From assembly GCA_010093815.1 (NCBI GenBank), contig ML996575.1: a stretch of 64,000 nucleotides of DNA, one strand, 5' to 3'. A program made the translations under genes and the position numbers. How positions within the stretch are numbered: position 1 is the first letter of the stretch; each line of letters starts with the position of its first letter. Source of the DNA: Pseudovirgaria hyperparasitica. Lineage: Eukaryota. This document shows, piece by piece, positions 13,701-26,200 of this stretch. The notes under the pieces were generated by a model that ran no database searches, had not been told where the DNA came from, and was given only the letters and a program-made list of their open reading frames with translations.

Positions 13701-14608
13701 TCATAAGACCCTTATAGAATTTTACCTATATTACTTTAGATCTATAGTAGTCGTATAAGAAGAGGTTATTCCCTTTTACTCTTAAACTATACCCTTAATT
13801 CCTAATATATAACTAGGAGAAAAGGCGTATAGAATTTAGTTACTTACTAAAGAGGATATTAGTAAGTTTAACCTTTTTCATAGAACCGTCTAAGAGAATA
13901 TAATCTAGGAAAACTATTCTAATACCATTAATAGGAATCTTCTAATAATTTATAATTAATATATTACTAGAGGTACGCGGTTCTAGTAAGGTAAAGTCAT
14001 CTATATAACCCGATATATATCGTGATACACCTAAATTAAAGATCTAGTTATATATATCTACGGTTATATTAGAATTTGTAAGGAGTCTAATAGCTTTAAT
14101 ACCTAGGTCTAAAAATATTACTAAAATAAGAGGCTAACTTACTACTCGAGATCGCTTACCGTTTATATTAGCTATAGTCGTAAAGAAACTAACGACGTTA
14201 TTATTAGAGTTAGATTTAGAATCTAAAATTTTAATAACTTTAGCCTTATTAGCCTTTTATTACTTACTTAAGGAGTCCTTTTTAGAGGAAGACTTAGAAG
14301 ACTTCTTATCTAACTTATTATCTTCTTTAGAGGCTTTAAGTTTACGATAGTCTTAATACTTATAACCTTTAGAAGAAAAGCCGCGTTTCTTATACTATAT
14401 ATATTTAGTATTAGAGGTAGAGGTGGAGGTAGAGGCGGAGTTAGACTTCTTTAACTTAGAAGGTATAAGAATTATAGACGTAGGATAGTAGTCTAACAGG
14501 TCATAGAAGAATTCGGGAATATATTTAAAAGGGTAGTCTACTCTTCTAACGAGGTTAATTCCTAAAGAGTAGGAATTAAGTGTATACGGCCTACTTATAT
14601 AGTGGTCT

Positions 14609-14747
14609 TGTAAGGAGGCGGGCTCCACGCACTAACTAACTATACTAAAGGACCGAATCTTAAAGCTACTGCTTCAAGGGTGGAGTACACTGCTTATATA
14701 CGACTACTGCACACATGTATAATCAACTGGCAGGCACGTGCCTAACA
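14609..14747. mobile_element. 139-bp solo LTR or TRIM-like insertion inside the 3' LTR of element B
   Basis: Termini TGTAAGG...CCTAACA and TSD GGTCT (14604-14608, 14748-14752). Absent from the sister LTR at 29768-30007. Confidence 0.88.
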
Positions 14748-15827
14748 GGTCTCGCTTATTCTAGCTAGCTTAACCTAGGTCCACCTATTACAGACTATAC
14801 TAGACCATAGTAGTCTAGTTAAGTCTATCCTAGTATTAGCCCTAATAATATCCTTCTTCTTTTTATGCTTCGCCCTAAAGTACTTAGCTATATATAAATC
14901 CATAATTCTATAAGCATTATATTTATACGCGTATCTAATTAAATCCATATAATATTATCAATAGTCTTTATATTAGTAAACTTAAGCTCTAGTTTACTTT
15001 TATTTATATACGCGCTTATCCCTTACTTTATAGCTACTACCTTAGAGATAGCTCCGCGGGTTATATAACCGCTATATTAACTAAGCTTATATTTAGTTCT
15101 CTTATTCTAAATTTTCTTCTCTAGTATATCTACCTTACTCTTAAGGTAAGTTATTAATTTATATACTATCTCCTTTAGTTTAGATCCGTTTAGGTCTAGA
15201 GTAGTCTATTTTTATTAGAGCTGGTCCTATATAATCTATTTATGTTATTATAGTTACTAATTTAGCTTCTTTAATCGCCTTTAAGACTAAACGAGTATTC
15301 TACTCTTAGATCTCTAGCTAACGTATATATATAGATATCTAATACTAGTCCTATTCCTAAGCCTACCTCCTCCTCTTATAAGACTTACTCTAAAGAGATT
15401 ACCTCTACCCCGGCTATACCGGCTAAAAAATCTACTTATTATAGTAGTATAAAGGCGCGCTCTAAGTTAGAGAAGAAGGTAGCTAAGGCTACTACTACTA
15501 TTACTACTAACGTAGCCACTAGTCGCTCTAATCTAGGTAATCCTAGTACTAGTATTGCGGAAGAGGTGGCTATAAAGCCTATCTATACCTACTCGCGCCG
15601 CCTATCTACTCTACCTCCTTTAGAGGATAAAGAAGATCTTATTATAGATAATAATTAAGAGTTCACGCCTTTACCGCCTCGCTCTAAATACTATTTCTCT
15701 TTTCGGTCTAATATAGACCGACTTAGTTACTCTAGGTTCTTTTAGGACCTTAATATTTACTCTAAACCCAGCCCTAGTAATAATAAGGCCTAGGTCGCCG
15801 AAGATACTAAACGTAGTCGTGGTTTAC

Positions 15828-18800
15828 TATTAGGACTTAGCCTTAGGCAGGACCTAACCTACACGTACCTTAGCTAACAGGGTTAGGAGGTGACGTGAAG
15901 GGCGGTAAATAGTCACGTACTAGATAGATCGGCGTCCCTTTATATATATACTCTCGGATTCCTACTAAAAGGGTTCGGTAGTAATTCGTTCTATAATAGA
16001 ATACACCCTATTATTCTATCTAACTACACTACTATCTAATAACCCTATTCTTATATTCGAATTACTCCCTATATAGTACTATAGTTAAGATAGTCTAACT
16101 AGAACCGAGAAGGTCGACACGATCTACTATAGGGATAAGTAATACTACATTAAATAATAGGGATCCTCTATAATCGGTATTAATCCCGGCCGTTTCTAAC
16201 TAAGAAGTAGAAATGTTAGACCGAATTACGGAGCTTTCAGACGAAGAAATAGTAGATACGCCGAGTAACTTCTAATAATATAAAGCCGGATAACGAGTCG
16301 TGGCGGAGCCACGTAAGGTGTTATAATAAACCATCGCCGAACTTTAGGAATCCGTCGCGAATTAGGCTCGAGAGATTTAAACCCTTAAAGAATAGGTAGA
16401 ACGCGCGAAACTCCTCGTAAAGAGACGAGAACTTAAGGAGTCTCTTAAAGAACTACGCTAAACGATAGTAGGTGGACGACTTCCTATACTAATTTAGGCG
16501 GAATTAGTTTACCTACCATTAGAGTTACGATAATCCACCGTATACCCGGCCGCTTCGTTACCGATTTACTCTACTTCTTCTCTAGGTATACCGAAACCTA
16601 AAGACCCGACTATATTTATAGGGAAGAACTAAAAGGAGTGGAAAGACTAGAAGAGAGACTACGAAAAGTACTTCCTCGATAACCCTCTACTCTTTTCTAT
16701 TAAAGTATAATATATTTCGTTCGGAGAACGATACCTAGACTTATAATCCCGCGATTAATAGGATAGATAGAAGGAAGTATAGCTACTATCTACGATAACC
16801 TAGGAACATTTAGCTATATTTATACTAAACACCCTCGGAATGGATAGAGAACATAAAAGAAAGGCACTATCTAAGTTAAGAAGCGTGGTATAACGACCGA
16901 ACTAGACACCTACTTAACTACTATAATACCTCTAAAACCTATAGGATAATATCCCTACGCTATAGGAAAATATTCATATATTCTAGTTTCGCGAAGTACT
17001 ACTTCCGTTAATCCGCGAAAGACTAGAAATAGTATTATTAAGTTTTAACTATCTACACGAATTAGAGGAGAAAGCTAATAAACACTACCGCATCCTTAAG
17101 AAATGCGGCTCTCTAGGTAAAACCGACGAACCCTATACGGGTTAGAAACGAGGTCGATTAAATACGTTTAATTAAGAGTAACCTTACCGCGATTAGCGCT
17201 AGAAGAGCGTAAATCGGGGTAGAAACGCGTTAAGAGGACACTAAAATAATCGAGGCGGTGCTTCTTAACGCGGAAAAGGATAAGGTATAGGCTTAAATAT
17301 AACGCCTATCGTAAAATAGTAGGATTATAGCGTACTTCGTTACTATAAGTATAAAGAAATAGGATATATTTCGCCTAACTATAAGAATCTAAAAAAAGAA
17401 TAGGCTAGTACACGAGACCTAACCGTATCCTTAGCTAAATTATATATACTTAGGAGGAGCCGTAGCGCCTTCCGGCGAGTAAAGACCTAATATTACTAAA
17501 AGTATCGTTACCTATAGTAAATAGTAATAAAACTATATAGGCCCTTATAGACACTAGTATAGAAGATAACTATATTTTATCGATTCTCGTAAAGGAGTAT
17601 AGATTATTATACGATCTCGGTAAAGTTAGCCGAACTATTATAGTTAATAGATATAAAGTTAGAACTTTAGGTAAAGCTATAACGAATTACGAAGTTCATG
17701 ACTCGAAGATAATAAAATAGTAGATATCTAATAAATTCATCGTGGCTAATATTAGCTAATAGAATATGATTCTAGGGATGCCTTAGCTTAGACGCCTAAA
17801 CTCCATCCTTAATTTTTAGAAGGAGACATTAACGTTCCGATAATACCATGGTAAATTATACTAGTAGGTCGTAACTATTAGTAAGGAGGCATGGAACCTC
17901 GCTATACGGACCCGATCGTCGCTAATCTATCTTACGTCCTTATTAATCATTAATAAAGATAAGGACGATAGTAATAATTAGGGCGAAGACACGCTACCTA
18001 ACGTATATTCGTAGTATACGGATGTGTTTTCGGTAGGAGATGCGTTACTTCTCCCTAATCACGGGCTGTATAAGCTAAAGATCGAGCTCGAAGAGGGAGT
18101 AGACGTCCCTTATAGCCTACTTTACCTACTTTTAAGACTAGAACTCGAAGTTCTTTATAAATATATTAAAGAATACCTTAAAAGAGGCTAGATACGTCGT
18201 AGTATGTTATTAGCTAGCGTACCTATTCTCTTTGTAAAGAAGAAAGACGGAAGTTTACGTCTATACGTTAACTATTAGGTACTAAATACGGTAACTAAGA
18301 AGAATCGTTACCTATTACCGCTAGTTAGTGAATCTTTAGACTAATTAACGAAGGTAAAGTACTTTACGAAGCTAGATTTATAAGATATATATTACCGGCT
18401 TCGAATTCGTCGCGGAGATGAGTGGAAAACCGCATTTCGGACTAGATATAGTTATTTTAAGTATACTATTATGCCATTCGGGCTAATAAATGCGCTAGGA
18501 GCGTTTTAAGGATATATTAATACTATACTCGTAGGATTACTTAACGTAATTTACGTAGTTTATCTTAATAATATACTAATTTACTCCGATAGCATGTAGG
18601 ATTATAAAGAACACGTGAAATCGGTACTAAATCGTCTAAGGTAGTATAAACTCTACGTAAAATTATCTAAATGCGAGTTTCACTAATAAGAAGTTAGGTT
18701 TCTCGGCTTTATTATAACACATAGCGGCCTAAAAATGGAGCCGGAGCGTGTAAAGACCATCATGGAATAGCTAGAATCTACTACTATACGTTAAATTAGA

Positions 18801-21800
18801 ACATTCATAGGTTTCGTGAACTATTATCGTAAATTCATTATAGGCTTCTTATAAATTACGGCGCCGCTTAATAAACTCATAGAGAATGGCGGTAAAATCT
18901 CTATAGGTAGGCGAGCATAGCGTAAAGCTAAGTCGGTCGAGATATAGTTAACGCTAAAAGCGCGAGATGCGTTCCGATCATTAAAGAATTACTTTATAAC
19001 TACGCCGATTCTTAGGTATTTTAATCCCGAGAAGTATATTCGGGTCGAAACTAACGCGTTAGGATTTATAATTACTAGAATTATTAGTTAACCGTATAAA
19101 GATATAAAAGATAAGGTGTAATAGTACCCGGTCGCTTTCTTTTCCCGTAAAATAGCGGATATAGAGACGCGTTATAACACGCATGACTAGGAACTACTTA
19201 TAATCGTCAAGAGTTTTAAGTAATAGCGACATTATTTAGAAGGCTCCGTATATTAGATTAAATTATTATCGGATCACGTAAATCTATATTACTTTATATT
19301 AACTAAGGTCCTTAATCACCGATAAGTACGTTAGGCTAAGTAGATGTTAATATTTAACTTTAAAATCTTATATAAAGCTAGAAGAGAGAATAAAGCTAAT
19401 CCTCTATCGCGGTATAAAGATTATAAGAAATCGTTATAGAATGACGTAGATAGTCGGTGTAAGTTAGACTATACTATACTTTAGATACTATAAGACTAGT
19501 TATCTAATAGAATACTAGAAGCTAGAATACTTTCGGCGATTCTCCGCGGGAATTAGAGCGGGTATTAAGTAATCTAAATAAACGTCTAAGAAACTAAGAA
19601 AACCCTCAAAGACTTAATTAAATCTACCTAGAATTCCGATACATTAGTAAAGAAAGTTATAAGCATGAAAGGAAGCGCTATAGATCCGCCGTGGTTATTA
19701 AGGTAGAAACAACGATCGGACACGATCTACTTCTAAGGCCGACTCTACGTGCTAGAAGGCGGCTTATAAATTAATATTTTAAGGGAATAGCACGATTACG
19801 CGTTAGTAGGGTACTTTAGCGTTATAAGGACGGTCGATTTAATCCGAAGGACATACGACTAGCTAGGTCTTTATAAATATATAAAAGACTACGTAAAAAC
19901 GTATAACGTTTACTAGTATACGAAAGTATATAGACACTTGCCATATAGTAAATTAAGGCTATTACCTATGCTAAAGGAGGCATGGAAGGAATTATTAATG
20001 GATTTCATTATAGATCTACCCCTAAGTAAGTGTTCTAGATATATTTATAATAGTTTACTTATAGTTCTAGATAGATTTACGAAGATATTATACTACATCC
20101 CTATAAGGAAGATAATCTAAGCACCGGATCTTATAGATATACTACTCCGTGACGTAGTCCGGCTCTACGGTATACCGAACGGTATAGTTTCGGATAGAGG
20201 TCCATAGATAACGTCTAAATTTTAGAAGGATTTCTACTATACGCTAGGAATCAAGCGGAAACTTAGTACTATATTCTATCTATAAATAGATAGGTAGACG
20301 GAGTAGTAGAATTAGATAGTCGAGGCGTGTTTACGCGCATATTATAACTATAAGTAGGATAACTAGGTAAGGTTAGTCTATATTACGGAATTCGTATATA
20401 ATAATAGCCGACATGCGTTAACCTACGTAAGTCTATTCGAAGTAAACTTCGGTTAGAACCATAATACGTAGTTCTTAGGGACTTAGTTTAAAGTAGAACG
20501 ACCTAACATTAAAGTAATAGAAATTACTATAGAACTATTCTAAACGTAAAGAAGCGTTATAAAGTTACTATAAGATGCTATAAATTATAGCAAATTATAC
20601 TATAATAAGGGTAGAAAACCCATGATCTTTAATGTTAGGGATAAAGTTTTACTAAATAGTAAGAATATTCGTAGTATTAGGCTAAAGAAGAAGCTTAACT
20701 ATACGATGATAGGTCTATATAAGATTACTTATATAATTAATAACCAGGCGTACGAGTTATAACTCCCTCCTACGTTAAAGATATATAATATATTCTATAT
20801 TACGCTTCTTAAGCCATTTCATGCCTTATTATTACCGGATCGTTCCGAATAGATACTATATAAAGTAGTTACGTAAGAAGGTATAGATATCTATAAAGTT
20901 AAGTAGATACTTAGCTAGTAACACGCCGAAGATAGCACGTGGCTATATAAAATTCGTTAGAAAGGATATAATCCTAACGGAGATACTTGGGAACCTATAA
21001 TAAACATTAGTAAAGTAGCGATATTAGTATATAAGCAGCGATTAGTAAAGGAAGCCGCGGAATCGTAGAGAATTATACCAAAGTACGGTAATTCAATATT
21101 TTTTAGTATAGTTTAGCGCCGAGGACGGCCGCCTAAAAGGAAGAAGGTAAAAGAGATATAGATCTTTAAAATATTCTAAGGAATTAAGGAACTTCCTTAG
21201 AAAGTTCGAACTTAGAACTTTAAAAAATTTAACTAAAAAAGAGACTTAGAAAAATGATTTACTAAGAGAAATGGACATCGAAAATCGGTGCTAATCGGTA
21301 TAGATCGGTATAGATTACTAAAGAGATTAAAGAAGTTATTATTAAAGAAAGATAAAATTAAGAAAGCTAAAAGAAAATATAAAGATCTATATAGATCTAT
21401 ATAAACTTACACTAATCTATCTAGAAGAAGTAAGATTACTTTAAAATTAAAACCGAAAAACTAAAAACGCTAGATAAAAGAGATATATTAGTACCGATTA
21501 GTATAGATCTAAACTAATTAAGTCGGAGTAGGAGTAGAAGTACTAATTACCGCGATGGTTACATCTAATTTCTTCCGCTAGTTCTTATTTAGCATAGTAT
21601 AGAGCTTTATAATATAAGTCTCTAGCCTTTCGTTCCGACGCTGTAAATTCTATATAGCGCGCCTTATAGCTATAAACTCCTCTATAGAAACCTATAGAGC
21701 GGCGGGACCCGGGATAGAGAGGGACGGACCGGCGCGGGCACGCTAAGAATTATATAAATTAGCGAAAAGATTTAACGATCGGTATAGAACCATATACCTT

Positions 21801-23211
21801 TAGTATAGAAACTTCTAGATTAGAGCCATCTTCCCTAAATTTATAGCTCTTTAGCATGCGCGAGGAAGGAACCTTAGCCTTTTTACTAGAACCTTTTCTA
21901 GGAATTTTAATATCACTAGTATATAGAAAGAGGTCCGAAGTAGTAGAGATTTTAGCACTATTATAGAGATTAATATATATTAGTAAGAATCTATAATAAT
22001 TTAAGAAAAACGATATTATCTAGTAATCGCGGTAATAATAGCTATAGTAGATTCCGATAAATCCTTATAGATCTTATTAGAATCGTACTCCTAGGCGTAA
22101 CCCTTACCTTAGGTATATAGCTCGTAGAAAGCCTTCTCTAAGGCGTTGCGATCGGTAGTACTACGCTCCTTATTAGTAGGGGTCACTAGAGGCCTAGTAG
22201 TAATCTATACTAATATAAGTAAATCTACGTAAAGTTCTTTAAACTTACTTAAATACCTATAAGTAATAACGCTTCTTAGTTATATAAGTGCCGTATATTA
22301 TAGATTTAGTACTACCGTGAGTAATATACGACGGAAAGCGATAACCATAATAATATATAGCTAGATTATTAGAGCCCGGCCTAGGTCGGGGTAGATTAAT
22401 AGCTTTCGATATATCGGTAACGTATACGAGATAGGGATTATTCGAAGGCGCCTATTTCCGCGCCGATTACTTTAGAGCGTCGAGATTTCGGGAAACCATA
22501 TTATAATTATTATTAATTTATGCGGATTATTATAAATTATATTATTACTAGCTAAGGACGGCACGAAAATTAGTAAATTGCGTAAATCGCACTAAATTAT
22601 AGTAAATCTATATAAATCTATATCTATAAGGATCGGGTGATATACCTAATAATCTAAAAAACTCTATAAAGAGTTGAGAAGTTTTTTAAAGAAAGGAATA
22701 TTTCTAAGAAAAGATTTTAATATAGGTAGTACCCGGGCTTACCTAATTATATCACGTAATACGCTAGGCCTAATTAGGTAATCTCACCTATATAAGAAGT
22801 TAAGATGGATAAAATCTAGTTTATTAGGAAAACGCTTGTATAAATCTTAGATCGGCGAATATTAGTAAGTATCTAAGACGAAGCGTGGAGAACGACTAAG
22901 GTCTTATAAGACTTAGGATAGGGATATAGAGATAGGTAACGATCTAGATCGCTAAGGGTAGCTTCCTAGAGGGAAGGGATAATTATTAGGACTTAGCCTT
23001 AGGTAGGACCCGACCTATACGTACCTTAGCTAATAGGGTTAGGAGGTAACGTGAAGGGCGGTAAATAGTTACGTACTAGATAGATTAGCGTCCCTTTATA
23101 TATATACTCTCGGATTCCTACTAAAAGGGTTCGGTAGTAATTTATTCTATGATAGAATACACCCCATTGTTCTATCTAACTACACTACTATCCAATAACC
23201 CTATTCTTATA
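15828..23211 (+). mobile_element. Ty3/Gypsy chromovirus (element C), RIP-inactivated; 7.4 kb, inserted in the accessory gene of B
   Basis: 228-bp LTRs at 15828-16055 and 22984-23211; TSD TTTAC at 15823-15827 and 23212-23216; PPT GAGGGAAGGGA. Gag zinc knuckle at ~17341, RT '[12 protein letters not shown]' and 'VYLNNILIY', RNase H 'VETNA', integrase 'WKELLMDFIIDLP', chromodomain 'WLYKIR*KGYNPNGDTWEP'. Confidence 0.93.
21518..22499 (-). pseudogene. Antisense accessory gene of Gypsy C, about 4 exons; putative Cys6-type motif and C-terminal coiled coil
   Basis: ATG at 22499: MVSRNLDALK*SARK*APSNNPYLVY...PSY...IIYGTYITKKRYYL* then an intron. Later exons are separated by gt...ctaat...tag introns. 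The last exon reads 'EEFIAIRRAI*NLQRRNERLETY'. Confidence 0.65.
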
Positions 23212-26200
23212 TTTACGCTATAGAAAAACGGCGAACTACGGTTTAATATACTTTAAGTATATTAAGGCTTACGCCACCGGCTCTAAATATCTCTTCCGCT
23301 CTAACTCTAGTATTAGCTACTACTCTACTAACTACGACGGGCCTATACACCTAATCTTTAAGCTCCCTACCCGCTACTACCGCTATACCGTTCTTAGTAA
23401 AGTTTATCTTTAGATAAGTCTATTAGGCTATTTTAGTCTAGGGTAATCTAAAGTCGTCTATACTAATACGTTTTTAGATTTCTATTTATATATAAGATAT
23501 ATATAACGATCTTTACGTCCGCGAGACTCTCGGTAGTTCTAGCGGTTACCTAGCTTCTATACGTAGGGAGTTTAGGGAGCGCTATAAGCTCTTTCTAGAG
23601 GTTATTAAAGTATAAGTTTAGAAACCATTAATTATTATTAACCTTAGCTTATAATTTTTAGTTACCGCGAGATTTCTAGCGCTTAGGCTACCTATTCTAG
23701 GGAGTCGGTTTTAGCTACTAAGGCCGTAGAAGAGATTTATACTATTCCTTCCTACCCGCCTTATACTACTAACGGGTCTTATAAGAGATCTTCTAGTTCT
23801 CCTTCTAAGTTACCTCGTAAGAGGGTATATATTCTATTCTAGATTATTCTAGACCGCGTTAGCTAACTTTAGGTCTAGTCGCTCCGCTCTAGCGCTTAGT
23901 CATCGTCTTACTAGGCTCTAACTAAGCGCGTGGTTACTCTAGAGGATAAGGTCTCTAACCTCCGTCGCTCTATTACTTAGTTAGTTTATTTACTACGCTC
24001 TAAGAGTAATAATAAGATAGAGGAGTAGCTCTATGGCTCTATTTACTAGGGTTTCTATATAGTGTGTGTTAGCTCTATCTACCTAGTTTCTATCCGTTTT
24101 AGTCCTTTTTAGACTATTTAGATATCTATCTACTAGTTTTCTAGTAATTTAATTCTTAACTTAATAATATTATGTACGTTCTTATTTATTCTATAACTAT
24201 TAAATTTTAGGTTCTAATTTCCTTTAAGTTACTTAAGTATAGGTATTATATATAAATTAGTTTATCTCTCTAAATTATATTAGAGTACCCGAACTAGTAG
24301 CCTAGTAGTTATTAGTTCGGGTACTCTAACCTTTTATATTATATATTACGAGTTTAATTCCGTAGTAGGGTACCTTTTTAGTTTCTTAGTCCTATATTCT
24401 TCTTGTGTATAATAGTCTATATTAGTCTATTCTAGACTTCTCTATATTATTCTATTATAATATATCGCGTCGCGTGCCTATAATGGTTATTTACGTTTTC
24501 TTCGCGTTTAGTAACCGTATATCGCTTAAATTATGGGGCTGCCTTATAGAGTTTTCCTAGTATATGTTTAGGATTCGTGATTCGATACTTCGTTCTCTAT
24601 AGTATCCTTCTTCTTTTTATAATAGCCCCGACGGCGCTAGGTTTACGGTAGTAACGTATTATTCTATAACCTCTATTTATATATAGCTATCGCGGTACTT
24701 AAGATATATACCATAGGTTCCTAGGTGTTCTTATCCTCGGTATAGTTCTTCTAACGGATTTAATACTTTTAGATACCGTTCTCGTCGAGTCTATATTTAA
24801 TAATATAGTCTACTTCGTACACGTCTAGTCTATCTTAGAGTATAATAGAGTGTAATTACACGTTCGTGCGTTTATATATATTAGATCGAAACCTTTTAAG
24901 TAATAAGACGTGGAATACGTTATAGACTTTTATATTATTTTCTAGGTTAAGCTCGTAGACTCTTATACCGATATAACGTTTAATTCGGAAGAGACTAGCT
25001 ATTTTATAATCGAGCTTTTTATTTACTCGCGACGTTTATATATTACGGATATTAAGAAGGACTTCGTCTCCCTTCTCGTACGCTTAATCTTTAACTAATC
25101 TATTATAGTACTTTATATATAACTTATTCGCTTACTAGATTATTACGCGATAGTTACGTATGGTTTTAAAGATTTTAATTACTAGTTCCTACGTGTAGAC
25201 GTTAATATCTATCGTTCGGTCGAACTAGACCGTATAAGGTTTAAAACCTATCCTTAGACTACGTCCTAGGTTCGCCTAGAAGGGCGTGACACCTATTATA
25301 CTATAACGACTATTATTATACGCGAATTCTACTATGCTTAGTAGAGAGGCCTAGTTATCTTATTCGAAATTATAGAATGCACAAAGGTAGGCCTCGAGCG
25401 TTTAGTTCTATTACTCTATCTAACCATCTATTTATAGATAGAATACTATTAATATGTTTCTATTCATACCGGCTATTTCGTAGAATAATATCTAGAATTT
25501 AGACGTAAATATACTCCCTCGGTCCGTAACGATCCTTTTTAGTATACTATAGACCTTAATAATCTTATTCTAGAATACTTATACTAGTTCTTTTAATATA
25601 ATCGTCTTCTATATAGGGACGTACCTAGATATCTTTATAAGTCTATCTACGATAATAAGAATTAAATTATAACTTATCCTAAGTATCTCGCTTAGAGGTA
25701 AGTTAACTATAAAATCTATAGTAATATCTTCCTATATAAAGAGGGGGACTAGTAGAGGCTATAAGTTCCTATATAGCTTATGCCTAGGTACCTTTATTCT
25801 TTAATAAATCGGATAAGTAGCTATCTATTCTTCGACGTACTTAGGTATATCTTTCTAAAAATAGTACTAATAAATCGAGCTTAGGGTGCGTATATACCCG
25901 AAATATTCTACTAGGTTAGCGTTATGGTATTAGCTAACTACGGTAAATTATACGTTACCCGTCGGTATATAGTACTTTCTATTATAGTAGAGTAAGCCGT
26001 CCACGAAGGTCTACTTATAGTCTACTTTAGTCCGTAATAATCTATCTTACTATATTTTATATAACTTTAAAACTATTAGGTCTATCTTTTATAGATCCAC
26101 GATTAACTAGGCGAGGTCTACTTAATATATATACCGGGTACTATCGCCCTCCCTAATAGCGCCGATAAATAGCTCGCTAGGGACTTCGGTACCGCGTCTT

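Larger units (their letters stand above)
15334..24028 (+). pseudogene. Antisense accessory gene of Gypsy B (15334-15827 plus 23217-24028, split by element C); putative Cys6-type motif and C-terminal coiled coil
   Basis: Long frame interrupted only by TAA/TAG and continuing in frame across the C insertion site. Intron signals (gtaagt...gctaac...tag). Y-x2-Y...Y-x2-Y-x6-Y spacing is consistent with RIP-converted Cys. Confidence 0.6.

Noticed and set aside
13477..20120. Short ORF-track hits at 13477-13704, 14395-14628 and 19938-20120
   Set aside because: They are residual stop-free stretches of RIP-mutated retroelement sequence, not independent genes.
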